Source: Octopus sinensis (lineage: Eukaryota). From it: DNA of 64,000 nucleotides. The position numbers and the translations under genes were made by a program. The notes under the pieces are model-generated. The model was given only the letters and a program-made list of their open reading frames with translations, ran no database searches and was not told the origin of the DNA. The stretch covers positions 65,968,001 through 66,032,000 of the forward strand of contig NC_042999.1 in assembly GCF_006345805.1 (NCBI RefSeq), in the 5' to 3' direction. Numbering within the stretch: the first letter of the stretch is position 1; each line of letters starts with the position of its first letter. Shown piece after piece: positions 14,488 to 28,784 of this stretch.

Positions 14488-15030
14488 GGAGTTTCCGGGA
14501 AGAAGGAATATAAGATATTGTCAAATTTAACAACCCTATGTGACTCCCGAATCGATGCCCGGTGACAATATATTGTGGTTGATAAACGAAAAAAGGAAAC
14601 CAAGATTATGGATATTGCAATACTGGAGATGAACGCATAAATTACAAAGAACTAACAAAGAATGAAAAGAAGAGACTACTAAAAGTCGAAATTGCAAGAA
14701 TGAGAACTATTAGGAGAGTGTCTGTCAACCCAGTAGTGCACTCGGAGCACTAAGAACCAAGTTCGAGAAATATTTTAGAGAAATTGGGATTAACTTGGCA
14801 GCAGAGCAAGCCCCCCAAACTGCTCTGCTAGGATTTGGAGATTGTTTCTTCAATGGCGAATGTCTCCCACTATAATTTGCAACCAACTAGCAAAGCTTAT
14901 AATTTGTGAAAAGAGATCCTGTGAGACCTCTAACAACAGGTTGATGTTGCTCTCACTGAATCAACCACAGCAAAGAAGTCCGAGCGCTTTGAGAAGTAAA
15001 ACAATAATAATAAAACGAAGAATAATTTAG
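14488..15030 (+). pseudogene. R4/Dong-type RLE endonuclease remnant
   Basis: Degenerate reading EYKIL...CDSRIDAR...IVVDKRKKETKIMDIAI...KVEIAR...TALLG, i.e. the PD-(D/E)xK region; ends at AATAATAA. Confidence 0.65.
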
Positions 15031-15870
15031 AATACACTACTCCAAATCTGATATGGAAAGCCACAAATTGAAGCTGCTGGACGCCTTATACAACTAGAAT
15101 ATTTTTGTACAATAACCATTATAGGATTACATATCTAACACAGAACCAAGTCTAACTGATATAAATAATCACAAAACGAGCAAAACAAACAACTGTTTTC
15201 TCTTTTTAAGGAAGCCGAAAAATACAAGAAAGAATGCATAGTACCTGACAACTATGAAAGAAACGAGTCAATGACAGAATCTGGAAAGCAACAGAAACAA
15301 GAAGGTACCATGATAAAACTGGAACAACATAATACCATGATAAAATGGTGGCAAGGAATGTCCTTATATGGCAAAAACCTGGATAATCTACACTGAAAAG
15401 AAAATAGATAAAGTAAAATTCCAACAATGATTAAAATGTTCGGGACTCGAAGCAGAAATTTAATTGCTGTCCATGATCAAAGCTTCCCCGATAGAAAAAT
15501 ACCAGAGAAATATAAGGAGGAAAATACAATAAGTAACTGCAGAATATATCATATCGTCTGTGGTTGCCAGTTACTCGCTAAGAAGGAATATATTCACAGA
15601 TATGATTGAGTTGAGACCTATGTTCACTGAAAGCTATGTCAACACTATGGAATGACAACAGAAAAAAATGTTATAGGCATATCATAGAAAAGGATTCAGA
15701 GTATTAAAAAGCAATCATAGCGTGGGATATGCCAATGCACACAGATAGAGAAATCGAGGATAACAGACCGGAAAAATTTGTCAGTGATCATCAAGTAAAA
15801 ACGCCTTCTAATTGACGTACCAATGTGACTATGTATCACTAAAAGAAAACGGAGAAACTCAAAATACAAT
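15030..15870 (+). pseudogene. R4/Dong-type remnant (zinc knuckle + RLE start)
   Basis: Reads CRIYHIVCGCQLLAKKEYIHRYD*VETYVH*KLCQHYG...WDMPMHTDREIEDNRPE. Confidence 0.65.
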
Positions 15871-15889
15871 GATGGAGGCGTGGTGTGGT

Positions 15890-16040
15890 GTGTGTTTATG
15901 GTAAGAAGCTTGCTTCCCAACCACATGGTTCCGGGTACCGTCCCACTACGTGGCATATTGGGCAGGTGTAGGTAGCTTCGGCCCGACCAAAGAGCTGAGA
16001 GTGGAATTGGGAGACGGAAATTGAAAGAAACCTGTCGTAT
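15890..16040 (+). mobile_element. SINE family D, 5' half
   Basis: TGGTAAGAAGCTTGCTTCCCAACCACATGGTTCCGGGT...GACGGAAATTGAAAGAAACCTGTCGTAT matches the 42913 copy. Confidence 0.75.
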
Positions 16041-16049
16041 ACATAATTA

Positions 16050-16362
16050 TACACACTGGATCTGAAGATAACTCTCTCTTGCTCCCATTTTTCGCAGTTT
16101 CCAGTGTAGCACTTTCGCGACCTAATCGTGTCACCACTACACGTGGTCGTTTTGGGCAAGTCTAGGACATTCTTTCGTGACAATGGCTATGGGACACTGG
16201 TTATTATTATTTTTATTATTATTATTATTGTTAATTTTATTGTTGTTGTTATTATGATTATTATTATTATTGTTAACTTTATTCTTGTTGTTATTATAAT
16301 TATTGTTGTTATTATTATTATTGTTGCTATTATTATTATTATTATTGTTGTTATTGTTGTTG

Positions 16363-16406
<44 letters not shown>

Positions 16407-16690
16407 TTTGATTTTTACTTTGTACAAGTTGTCTCCAAGTCTCACACAGAGACCTCACGAGACAACAGGTTAGAAGTTCATTCAGCCTTCCATCAGTTCG
16501 TATACTACTAATAAGCCCCGATACATATACTCTCCTCTTGTCTGCTCTCTTCATTACCACTCCTGTGGGCAGTTTCAAACCATTCACTTGTCGAACATAA
16601 CCTCTCTTAGGAGCCAACACGCTATACTTTTGCAGCCCTCTTTTCATTCTGTTGTTTGCAGTAAAGCAATGCACTGTTTGAATAAGTAAA
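16050..16690 (-). mobile_element. R4/Dong-type fragments around a (TTA/TTG)n array
   Basis: 16085-16198 reads CPRLAQND...AKVLHWKLRKM on the minus strand. 16405-16480 is the reverse complement of the 3' UTR at 14340-14405. Confidence 0.55.
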
Positions 16691-18408
16691 TTTATCTGTT
16701 TTTTTCATCTCTCCCATAACGTTTGAGATAATCTTTAAAAAGGAGATTATAAATCGTATCTTTTTTTTAAACTCATACCAAGCTATCGTGTTTGTTAAAA
16801 TCAAAGTCAAAGTTATCATGTACAATACTAAAAGCAATGGCAAAAAAAAAAAAATATCTCTTTGAAAGATTCAGTTTATTGTTGACAAAGCCTAAGCTTT
16901 CTCTCTCTGATATCAGTTCAGTGGTCCACCTATTCACATTTCGGTTTCTCTATATTGTGTAAAATGCCAAATATTTTCGAGCAATCGATAATCCGCGAAC
17001 AGGAACCATATAGTATTGGTTCCGTCAGTCTATCTACGCTATTCCTAACATCGTTGTGCCCTTTTTGCAGTCTTTCAGCAATGTTTAATCTATCAATAGT
17101 TGATATTTGGTTGTTCCTTTACATTCGTGTTTGCGCTATTTTTGCTCTTCCGATAAGATGTTATTGAGATCCATGAACACGTGCATTTCATCTGCTAATA
17201 CTTCGAGTAAGAGCTTTCACACGATGTACAGGCAGGATATTGACCTGAATTTCCTAACACAATTTCACATTGACGCTTCTTCCTTGAACAACAATACTCT
17301 GCCTCTGGTCAACTAATCTGAGATTTCTGTAAGGTCTTCATTATGTTGCAGCATTTTGCCCGTCTTTCAAATTCCACCGAGGTTGACTTTGCCTTTCATC
17401 CATTCGAGGTCGATAAAAGGTGTACCAGTCGAGTACTGGTGTCGAAGTACTCGACTATCGCCCTCCTTCTAAATTTCAGTCCTTCATAGGAAGGAATGGC
17501 CAATCGGTAAGGGCATCGCGCTCACGATCGCGGTTTCACTACACAGACTGGGTGGTGCGTTGTAGTCTTGAGCAAAGCACTTCATCTCACTTCGACACCT
17601 GAGGTGTGGTAGGCAGCGTCAATTTCATGAAGGAAGTGATCTAATGTACGGCGCATACATTTTAGTCACTATAAACAAATCATTTGTGCAAGCCGTTCGG
17701 CAGCGGCTGTACAATCATGCCTCGTCTTCCATTATCATCCATTATCATCCATTATTATTATTATTATTCACTGAGAGAGCAGTGCATACCATCAAATAGA
17801 TACTGGGGTAAAATATACGAAGCCTTGTATACCTATCATGACTACACTTCAGGTAAAGGTACGCCGGGCACATGCATCACAACCATATATGCGTGACAAT
17901 ATGATCTCATATCAAGATAACAGCGCATAACATTGCAGGTGGGGGCCAAGTTAGATTTTCTTCATGTTGAGTAGCTCATCACAATCAAATGGCCCCTGAA
18001 TAAGGGTTGTTTAAGTATATTGAACAAAACACCCAACTTTCCAAAGGTGAATTATCTAAACCCCAAAGAATTCCTCTCAACACATGGTTGTGATGCTCCC
18101 CCACTACCTCTGCTCATGATCAGAGATGCACATATCCCCAGCCACTAAGGGACAAGGTCAAACAACTGATAAGCAAATCTGTGGTATTAAGCAGGATATT
18201 TGTTGTAGCCCATCTTTTGTACCATGACAAAACAATGTACATAATAACACTTCCAATCAGTTAAGATCAGAATCCATGAATGCCAGTGCCTGGTACAAAA
18301 TCAGGCCATATCTAGTGCCTCGTATTGCAGCAGAGCATGGCCAGTGATTGGTACTGCATCAGATCATAGCCAGTTTCTGGTACTATTATTATTATTATTA
18401 TTATTATT

Positions 18409-18584
18409 CAGTAGTTTTATTTTTATAGCGTGCTTTCACTTCACTACCGAGTGCAGCTCTGTGTGCCTTGGGTATGTGCTGTGATTTGTTGTGATGCTCT
18501 AATGGTTACTATATTGAAAGTGTTCTGCGTAGGATGTGTACAGTGCCTAGTAGTGCAATTTTCTGTATATGTGTTTGTAAGTCC
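18409..18584 (-). mobile_element. R4/Dong-type 3' end flanked by (TAA)n
   Basis: Minus ORF ends DLQTHIQKIALLGTVHILRRTLSI*, then a 3' UTR; (TTA)n on both sides. Confidence 0.75.
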
Positions 18585-19796
18585 TTATTATTATTATTAT
18601 TATCATTATTGTTGTTGTTGTTGTCGTCGTCCTCGTCGTCGTCGTCGTCATCATCAACATTAACTTTTTCAAGAGAACGAATCATAGGAGAATGCATTTT
18701 AGGGTGATGTTAAAGATGATGACAACAAGGAGACGAAGGAAAATGAGAGCAAAGAAAATGATAGTATATATGAAAGTGCTGCAGTGGTTAAGGATGGTGC
18801 TGGTGATAGTACTAAGTTAGAATGATAGATGGAAGAAGAAAAGGACAACACAATGGAAAAGAGAGACAAGAATGAAATCTACGAGAATGAAAAAAAAATC
18901 AACAAATTGGTTTTATTTTAGTTGTGATCATTTTTTCAAAAATAGATGTGTACTTGGGGAATATCTATCAGAACGGCTAGAAAGAAATGGCAATGACATG
19001 TTTAAACACAGGAATAAAAATCAAAACAGAGATGGTGCCTCGAATGAAATGTTAAGTTATTGTCATGTACATTGGAATGCACTTACACACACACACACGC
19101 ACACACATACTTATATATTTATACATACATACACTCTTCTGTGTGTGTGTGTGTAAGTTTGTGTATGTGTACGTATGTATGTACGCATTTGTGTATGGGT
19201 TCCTTCTTTATTATGTGTATATTATGGGATTATTTACAAGAAAAGTTTCTATTCTCTTCCGTTTTCTCTCTGTGATTTTTTTATTTAAGATTCAATTCAC
19301 CGTTCTTTCCCAAATGGTGCTTTTCGTTTGTCATATATTTTACTCCTTGGACATAGTGTAACTCATTTCACAGTGTTACATTTATTTAAAAGAGAGAATT
19401 AGCATAGTATATCTGGTGGAGTTATGACTAGGAATTGGACAAATGAGTTCAAGTTTAAAGAAATTTCATATAAGAGCCGCCTGTTTTGTCTTCATGATAC
19501 GATACCATATCATTGCTTGCTGCTGTTATAAAGATATCTTCAGAGATAATTAATCTGAATGAAAGTTTTTGTGATGTGGATATTTACATCTTCAAATATT
19601 CGCTTTAGCATGGATAGAAATGTAATAGATACTTGGCCACAAGACAATGTGATGACGAGTAAATAAAAACAGCGTGGGATAGAAACGTCTTTTCAAAGAA
19701 AGTTTTAGACCTTAAGAAGGTTGATGCGCTCTTATAAAAATAGAAAATTTTGGGAAAGAAACAATTCAGCAATGCACCAGAACTATTTTTGTTTGT

Positions 19797-19965
19797 GAAT
19801 GCGCGTGGCTTAGTGACTATGGTAATCGGTTCACGATCGTAAGGTCGTGAGTTTCATTGCCGGTGTTTGGTTGCGGCCTTGAACAAGACACTTTATTTCT
19901 CGCTATCCTAATCCATTCAACTAGCAAAAATAAATTGTACCTTTAATTCAAAGGGCGGCCTTGTC
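19797..19965 (+). mobile_element. SINE family C, partial
   Basis: GCGCGTGGCTTAGTG...CCTTGAACAAGACACTTTATTTC...TCAAAGGGCGGCCTTGTC; matches the 43378 and 35414 copies. Confidence 0.7.
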
Positions 19966-19976
19966 AAATTATATAT

Positions 19977-20010
<34 letters not shown>

Positions 20011-20011
20011 G

Positions 20012-20206
20012 TGCGCAATGGCCTAATGGTTAGGCCTAGAGGCTCCGACAGGGGGTGGTGATCCCTACTGTACTCTTTCACCACTCTTTCTTCTGTTGGC
20101 CTGCTCGCTTAGCCAGCGGGGTGGCGTCATTCGAAGGCTAAAACAATGCGAACGCATTGTGACCAGCGATGTGTAACAACATCTGATGGTCTGGTCGGTC
20201 ATGTGA
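20012..20206 (+). mobile_element. SINE family E, internally deleted
   Basis: Shares the GCGCAATGG head and the 3' body (GCGCATTGTGACCAGCGATGTG-like...GGTCGGTCA) with 45893-46209; embedded in (TA)n. Confidence 0.75.
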
Positions 20207-21203
20207 TATATATATATATATATGCGTATTAATTGACTTCAGTTTGTCAGTAATATGTTGTATAAAGCCATAAATATTTCTAGAAATGACTGTTTATTTC
20301 TGCGAATGGTTGTTTATGCGATTGTTTTTTTTTGTTTTTTTTTTCTTGAATTACTGGTCACTTGTGATTCGGGCAAAATAGAAGGAAAACTAAAAGCTCA
20401 CTATCGTTTTGTTGATATTTCACTCTGAAGTTGCGAACAATCAACTTACTATTTCATTCGACTACCCAATCAAGAGAAACGAATAGTGTATAAATTTGTG
20501 ACTATTGTTGCAGAGCATGAAATAAGTTTTTGGTATGTCTTAATAAGAATCTAGTTTATGTCTTTGTCGATGTGACTTCTCTTCCCTCTTATAATTCACT
20601 ACGGGAAATAAATAAATCATGAAAACCTTTCATGGCTAATCTCTCTCTCACACACACCGACACACAAATACACCGTGTTAAATCAACAAAATCATGTGAT
20701 ATGATGCTAAGAATATATGGCACCTTCTTTCGTGTGTCTCGTAGCAAAGTTGATACTAAATTTAAACACAAAATAAATTTAAATGACTGGTGGAGAATGT
20801 ACATTATCATCCATGCGGCCAAAAGTTCGCTTGTTCGTACACTGTCGACGTTTTATTATCTGAGTCAATAATCAAAATGTTATTATGACGTAATCTAAGT
20901 AACGTCTAACGGCGAACTGGCAGTATTGTTAGTACGTTGAACAGAATAATTAGCAGTGTTTTGTCTGTCTTCAAGCTCTGAGGTTCACATGCTGCCGATG
21001 TCGACTTAGCCTTTCATCAGATTTCCATGCACGTAAGGTCTATAAAATAACTACCAGTCAAGTATTGGGGTCGACGATATCGAATTACGCTTTCTCCTAA
21101 AATTGATGGCCTTGAGCCAAAATTTGAAACCATTAATCTACAGGGAGTATAAAATTTCCCTACTTGCAATACAAGAGAAGGCAATCGAATATCTATCTAT
21201 CTA

Positions 21204-21243
<40 letters not shown>

Positions 21244-24200
21244 CCTGTCTGTCTGTCTATCTATCTGTCTATCTATCTATCTATCTATCATGTGTGTGCT
21301 TTGTGATGTTGGTGATCCTTTCAGGGATTCACTCCACTCGACTATACACTATTGGCAGTAAAATATAATGAAAACAGTCTTCAAATTTTACAATGCTGCC
21401 AGCTGCCAGCGTTTACATATATGATATGCAACTTAACAGGCTGCGTCCTTTATACAGTGTTCTGCCGTTGACGGGGCTTCATAAAAAGTCTTTCAGCAGG
21501 TAACCCCTATTCAGTTTCCTTTTATTATTCTGCAGCTTAGTATTCGTCATAATAAATTTATTCTATATTTGCTAGAATAAAACGGCCTATCCATGCTTGA
21601 CTGCTGCTTATAGCATTCCAATCAATTTTGTCAAGAATATATAAGAAAGTCGATGAGAATAAATATATTATATACTGATAGTTTGACAGTAAGAGGAATA
21701 TCTATAAATTAGAATCTAGAAGGAACAGACAAACTGACAAAACTGTCAAATCTGTTAGAATAAAATAGGTAGAGACATGTAAACTCTTAGTAGAAGACGA
21801 ACATTATTCAAGGTATATCAATGAACGAAAGATAGAATAAAATTAAGATTAAAAGGTAGTAAGGAAATTCGAAGATCAAGATGATGTTTATTGAAAACAT
21901 GAAATAAGATGATTTCAAAGTGAAGTGAAAGCAACGATAATTATTGTTTCTGCAAAGAGAAGAGATTATATTAAATATACAATGAAATATTCAATGTGTT
22001 AGCTTGTGTGAACTTCCTTGCTTGGCATTAAGTAGTCGTAGCTTCTAAAGAAAGCACGTTATCTAAGTGAATGTTCAAACATTATGATACCTATTTAAAC
22101 AAACGGATTTATTAATAGGTCGTAGGACATTTTAGTGTTAAGACGTAGTGCTTTAGAATGTTTGTGTTCGTATCAACTTTAGCGTAGCATAGAAGAGATC
22201 TGTAATTCTCATGTCATTCTTTGTAGAAGGTAACAGAAAAGAAAGGTGAGTAACTGAATAGAAATGAAGAAAATTATGGACCCAAAGTAGGAAACAAAAA
22301 AAATTGGAATATATCATTATGTATTCAATTAAATATGTGAAGCTTACAAGTTGTAGTAATTCTGTGCGGTAATAGATTTATATTGTTCGTATATTGAGAT
22401 TAATAAAACGCTATGCCCCCTCCATATTTAAATGCGTATTATTTTACTGTTAACAGGTGGATATGATTTCTACGTTAATGGATGTTTTCAATGTCTCTCT
22501 TCATGCAAAACCGCGTAATTTTTTTGTGAAGTGTCTAGTTTCCCTAAAGATGACATATGTGAGTCAAAATTCAAGGAGAGATAAAAGATGATAAAAAAAA
22601 AGGTCTATTCATTTTTACCATGATATCATTTTCATCTAAAAGACTACCTTCATGTGGTAGTGCATTCGTTTACTGATTACGAGACGGAGGCGATAATATT
22701 TCTCTTGGCCATTTATATAATTATTCCCGCGTTTAAAGAGTAATGTACAGGAGTGACACCCACCACTCAATGTAATACAGAACATGACCAAAGTGCCGTT
22801 GTCTGCTGACTAAATATATATTCATATAAACGGGGGCGCTATATGAATCATACCTGGCTACAAACTGTAGCAATTTCTTATACTACAAGAACATCCAAAC
22901 CATCAGATGCATGTACATCTGAGAAGAAAACACTCATCATCATCATCATCATAACCTATTTTGATTTTGTAACTGAAAATTGGACTCATGTTCCAATGAC
23001 ATCGTACAATAATTTTGTTCCTTTAATAGATCCAGATCGATAAAATAAGATTCATAATATTTTTGTAAAGAAAATCAATCGACCGTACCCAGTCGTTTAC
23101 ACACACACACACACACAAACACACAAATTCAAACCCTGATAAAATGCCTATATAAAACGAAAGCAATATTAAACTTTAAATTACTTTTGTATTTGTTGAG
23201 TAATTTATGTTGCTGAGCTGGCAGGCTTATGAAGAAAAACAAAATCTAATTCCAAAGTGCATTGATATTACTTGAAATGACTTGTCTGCGTTTGTGCAAT
23301 ATATTTCTGATAACACTATTAATCATATATTAATAAACGGAATCAATAAAATGTCACACAAGACTTGATCATTCACCAGGTTAATGAGCCGAACAATAGT
23401 GAAGAATATTACCGTGTGCTGGAAAATAATGAGTTTGTAATAAATCACGTCGTAAACCGATTCATTAACGAAACTGTAGTTAAGGAGACATTGATTTTAG
23501 AACTACAGCATATGTACAACAGATTTTAAATGCCCTGACTACAAGACTATTAATGGATAACCTTTTCCTTTATAACGTTGGAAACAGTAGACATGTCCGC
23601 TACGTTTATCTCTCTGAAAACGGGAGTTATTATATAGAACGTGTTTTATATGAATCTGCCAATGTCATTATAGAACATTGGATTTGAACCAATGAGTGTC
23701 CTGTTGGAAATATCTGTTGCCAAGCTCTAATTTATATTCCGAGTTGGGTTGTGGTTAAATACCTGAATAAACATTATTTACAGTAATAAACGCGCACACA
23801 TCCTTCATGCAAGAGATATTCGTCCTCCACGAGCTGATATGAAATTTAAGTGAAAAGGACATTTAGCTAACAACAATCTTGCCACAGTATTCATTACGGT
23901 GTGACAGATTTTTGAACTGCTATCACGGAAATTATCAGAAGAATGCCATTAATTTTGGTAAGGTAGATCTTTAGATTTGGGACGTGCACAAGAGTGATAT
24001 TTGTTTGCCTCACAGTTCATGCCAAACGAAATCGTTCTTCCAATCAGGCTCAGAGTTAAATATTTATTAGTTGTCATTGATTATATTCGTAATTATGTTT
24101 GAATAAGTATTAATATTTATTAGTAATGGGACTCAAAGCTATACATGTATTTGAAGAGTATAATCAACTAGATGAAACTCAGTAGACAAATTGTGCATTA

Positions 24201-24407
24201 AGTTATAGATGCAGGGAAGTTACAAGGTAAATTTACCTCGGAAGAATTCAGAATTAGAAAGGAAAGAGAATAGTTATACACTGTGAGATAGTTTGTCTAT
24301 CACACCATTAAATTTGCCAACTCTCAATTCGCCCCATGCTGCCCTTTAGGATTCTGTTGATTTTAATATTTCATTCTTAGATGGTAGATTTTCCATTGGT
24401 TACAAAT

Positions 24408-24670
24408 TATGACGTCTGCCAAGGAAGGTGGTTATGTTTTCATCGGCGTTGGTTTGTCTGTCTCTCCGTCTGTGTGCAAAATAACTAAAAAAGTTGTAAA
24501 CTTTTTGTTCGGTCAAATTGATGTAGATGTCCCTGACGAGAATCTAATATGATTCAGCATCAATTCTTTAAACGGTGGTGCATTAGCATGGCCGCAGCTG
24601 TGAGCTGAAACTAAATAAAAATTAAAAAAACGATCATCCTCATATGGAGTTTTATTCACCACTATTGCAT
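24408..24670 (+). mobile_element. Possible non-autonomous Helentron/DINE-like repeat remnant
   Basis: CTGCCAAGGAAGGTGGTTATGTTTTCATCGGCGTTGGTTTGTCTGTCTCTCCGTCTGTGTGCAAAATAACT resembles the start of DINE-1/HINE-like repeats (from memory, not searched). Confidence 0.4.
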
Positions 24671-25619
24671 CCATTTGGTCTATTCACAACTCCACTATGT
24701 AGTATGTGATCCCACCTACAATGTGAGCTCCTTATGGGTGACAATGAAAGAGACATGTGAACCCGACATGGCCTAAGTGATGATAATGTGAAAGAAACAC
24801 GAAATGGGGAGTATAGACCTTCGTAGTACAGTAGAAAATGTTGGGAAGAGATTGCACCTCAGGCGAAGAATCGAGCCAGTAGGACAACCAACAAATGGAT
24901 GCAGTCAATGATATCAGTATCTGTGGCTACAACCCCGGCATTAATAAGGTAAGAGTACTCAATCGATGGCCTCAATTCCCAACAATTACTAACACTCTGT
25001 ACAGTGAAGTAGCTGAGTATGATGCAGTGTTCGGCTGTGATTCAATTTTGCCCTTGTGAAGGTGTATATAACAACTAGTTCAAATGTCTTTAGATAGCAC
25101 AGTGTTTACGTTGGTACGAGCAAAAGTATTTTCTTGTAAAACGATCATGGTACGAGATAAAATGATATAGTTACGCGTATTGCTGAAATGTAAAAAAAAC
25201 AATGTTTCCTTAGACTGGCTTTACTCAGAGAGTCAGATCAGCTGTCATCGTATAACAGAAAATATAGCTCTAAGCTTGCGGTTTCAAAAGTCTTAACGTT
25301 GTAAATATAATATGACATATCATAAAATATATTATTATTTCTATAGTCAACTCGGAAATAACTATTTTTGTCAGGCAACAGAAAATCTTTAATATGGAGC
25401 TTAATTCTATTTCTAGCCATGTCAATATGACTACTGTCTAATTCCTCTCAAGTCGTTAACCTCCAAAGAGAATTCGGTTTCGTATTGCAAAAATGATATT
25501 TAGTTGTGTAGTTATAGTGGAGGTGGGGACGTAGAAGACAATGCTAGTTACAGTTCTTTATGTTTTCATTTCAAATCCTTTGTGAGTTGTCTTTGTATTT
25601 AATTACCTTTTTTTTTTTG

Positions 25620-25742
25620 TAAGCCTAGTGCTTATTCTGTCGGTCGCTTTTTTGCGAAATCATTACTTTACGTAGATGTAAACACACCAACATTGGCTGT
25701 CAGGTGATGATGGGTGGACAATAACATACACACTAATACACA

Positions 25743-25776
<34 letters not shown>

Positions 25777-25791
25777 TATATATATATATAT

Positions 25792-25828
<37 letters not shown>

Positions 25829-25945
25829 ATGTATCATATATATATATATATATATATACGACGGGCTTCTTTCAGTTTCCGTCTACCAAATACACTCACA
25901 TGTCTTTGGTTGGCCCGAGGCTATAGTAGAAGACATTTCTCCAAG
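25620..25945 (-). mobile_element. SINE family D with internal microsatellite, head truncated
   Basis: ACGACGGGCTTCTTTCAGTTTCCGTCTACCAAAT...GGCCCGAGGCTATAGTAGAAGAC and AAGCCTAGTGCTTATTCTGTCGGTC are reverse complements of family D parts. Confidence 0.75.
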
Positions 25946-26822
25946 CAATAGAATTGACACTTAGCGAAAGAATGAAACTCATCAACGGTTGGTAAGTGCC
26001 TGCGTGCGAAAATCTCAGCATTTGAGTTACTCTGTGCTTGTGATTAATATTAATATATATATGTATGTATGTGTGTATCAGTGTGTATGTAGCAGATGCT
26101 AAAGAATGTTTCTGCCTGAGTGCGGCAGAAAGGAGACTATTAACGTGCAAAGTACACAGAAATGGACTATCGCTTTTTGCAGGAAATATTTTACTCCTTC
26201 TTCACATGTCAGTGGAGAAATTTTTAAGCTAATCAGCCGCTTTATGAAACCTGCTGATTCGTGGTTCGTGATCTATTGAAAAAATTCTCCATACTGATAA
26301 GGAAATATCATAAAAACTCAGAAATTTACTAAATAAGCTTAAATATTCTGTTATATAATAAAAAGTGAAAAAATAAAAAATAAATAAAGTATAGCAAAGC
26401 AAATGAATGCTTGATACATTAAAAAAAAAACATAAAAATGTTTGTATAAAGATTTTAGCGTAATTTATACTTTTGAAATAGTATTCACAGTTTAACATGC
26501 TTAGTGTCCTTCAGGCAAAGATTTTGCTAATGATATGTATAGTTTATACAGCATAAAATGAAAATAATCAAAAGGTATGATTGAAATGTAGTTAATTATA
26601 TACCATTGTGTTGGTTTATGCTAAGCTCATAATAGGAACACTGACGCCTCCTGCTATTTTTATGAAGCTGCCTTCTACGATCGAATAACTTCGGGCCCAC
26701 ACACGAAGCTCATGCACATACGTATACACAGAAACATGCATACATTATTACCAGATAAATCACACATATTCTGTAGAACATGGCATATCTACACACAAGC
26801 ATCCACATTTGCATATAAGTAA

Positions 26823-26869
<47 letters not shown>

Positions 26870-26901
26870 ATGTATATATATATATATATAATATATGTAT
26901 G

Positions 26902-26939
<38 letters not shown>

Positions 26940-26940
26940 G

Positions 26941-27177
26941 TATGCGGTTTTATATCTCTTTTCCCCTATCAGACTGTCTGTATATATATATACATATATA
27001 TATGTGTGTATGTGAGTGTGTGTATGTGTGTGTGTGTGCATGTGTGTATGTGTGTGTATGTGTGTGTGTGTATAATTATTATTATAATTATAATTTAGGG
27101 TATTTAAGAGATACCTCCACGGTGGAAATAGCAACCAAAGCTTAACTCTAAAACCACATTAAATGTTCAGTACCAGG

Positions 27178-27228
<51 letters not shown>

Positions 27229-27677
27229 TATATGTATGTATGCATATATATATATATACAGAGACAGTCTGATAGGGAAAAGAGATATAGAAAGCGCATA
27301 TTCATAACTATACACGAACTCAAGCGCACATCATCATGCATATACTGAGGCCTGTATGCGATAACCTCGGATGATATAATAAGAACCAAGGACTTCCTGC
27401 TGATATGATTAGACATGGGAATATACCACAACACAAAGCAAGATATAGCGAGTCTACAAAATGAAAGGTATGTGTCTGGTTACGTATTTCCAATTTGCAC
27501 ATGCATACATACATACATACATACATATATACACACTAACACATACATATATTCATATCCAGAGTAAGAAAGGGAGAAGAATGATAGAGAGAGTTACAGA
27601 TAGATAATGATATACGCATATACCTGTTTAATGTATTTTCACACTAGTTGGCATATGTATAGAGAGGTATATAAGAG

Positions 27678-27712
<35 letters not shown>

Positions 27713-27808
27713 TATATAATATATATATATATATTATATATAATATATAATGTATATATACATACATACACACACACACACACACACCACACAAATATAT
27801 ATATATAT

Positions 27809-27849
<41 letters not shown>

Positions 27850-28083
27850 CGGTTTCTATATCTCTTTTCCCCTATCAGACTGTCTGTATATATATATACA
27901 TATATATATGTGTGTATGTGAGTGTGTGTGTATGTGTGTGTGTGCATGTGTGTATGTGTGTGTATGTGTGTGTGTGTATAATTATTATTATAATTATAAT
28001 TTAGGGTATTTAAGAGATACCTCCACGGTGGAAATAGCAACCAAAACTTAACTCTAAAACCACATTAAATGTTCAGTACCAGG

Positions 28084-28134
<51 letters not shown>

Positions 28135-28584
28135 TATATGTATGTATGCATATATATATATATATACAGAGACAGTCTGATAGGGAAAAGAGATATAGAA
28201 AGCGCATATTCATAACTATACACGAACTCAAGCGCACATCATCATGCATATACTGAGGCCTGTATGCGATAACCTCGGATGATATAATAAGAACCAAGGA
28301 CTTCCTGCTGATATGATTAGACATGGGAATACCACAACACAAAGCAAGATATAGCGAGTCTACAAAATGAAAGGTATGTGTCTGGTTACGTATTTCCAAT
28401 TTGCACATGCATACATACATACATACATACATATATACACACTAACACATACATATATTCATATCCAGAGTAAGAAAGGGAGAAAGAATGATAGAGAGAG
28501 TTACAGATAGATAATGATATACGCATATACCTGTTTATATGTATTTTCACACTAGTTGGCATATGTATAGAGAGGTATATAAGA

Positions 28585-28590
<6 letters not shown>
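26941..28590. repeat. Two-copy tandem duplication, period ~905 bp
   Basis: Unique blocks at 26941-27680 recur nearly identically at 27846-28590, differing mainly in small indels and microsatellite length. Confidence 0.9.
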
Positions 28591-28643
<53 letters not shown>

Positions 28644-28694
28644 TATATAATATATATATGTATATATACATACATACACACACACACACACACA

Positions 28695-28783
<89 letters not shown>

Positions 28784-28784
<1 letters not shown>

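Noticed and set aside
17770-18385. GC-richer block between (TTA)n tracts, and similar blocks at 9210-9640 and 58960-59225
   Set aside because: Probably decayed transposon sequence, but no motif was clear enough to classify.
24533-24560. CTGACGA followed by a GAATC/GATTC hairpin
   Set aside because: No GAAA or NUH follows; incomplete core.
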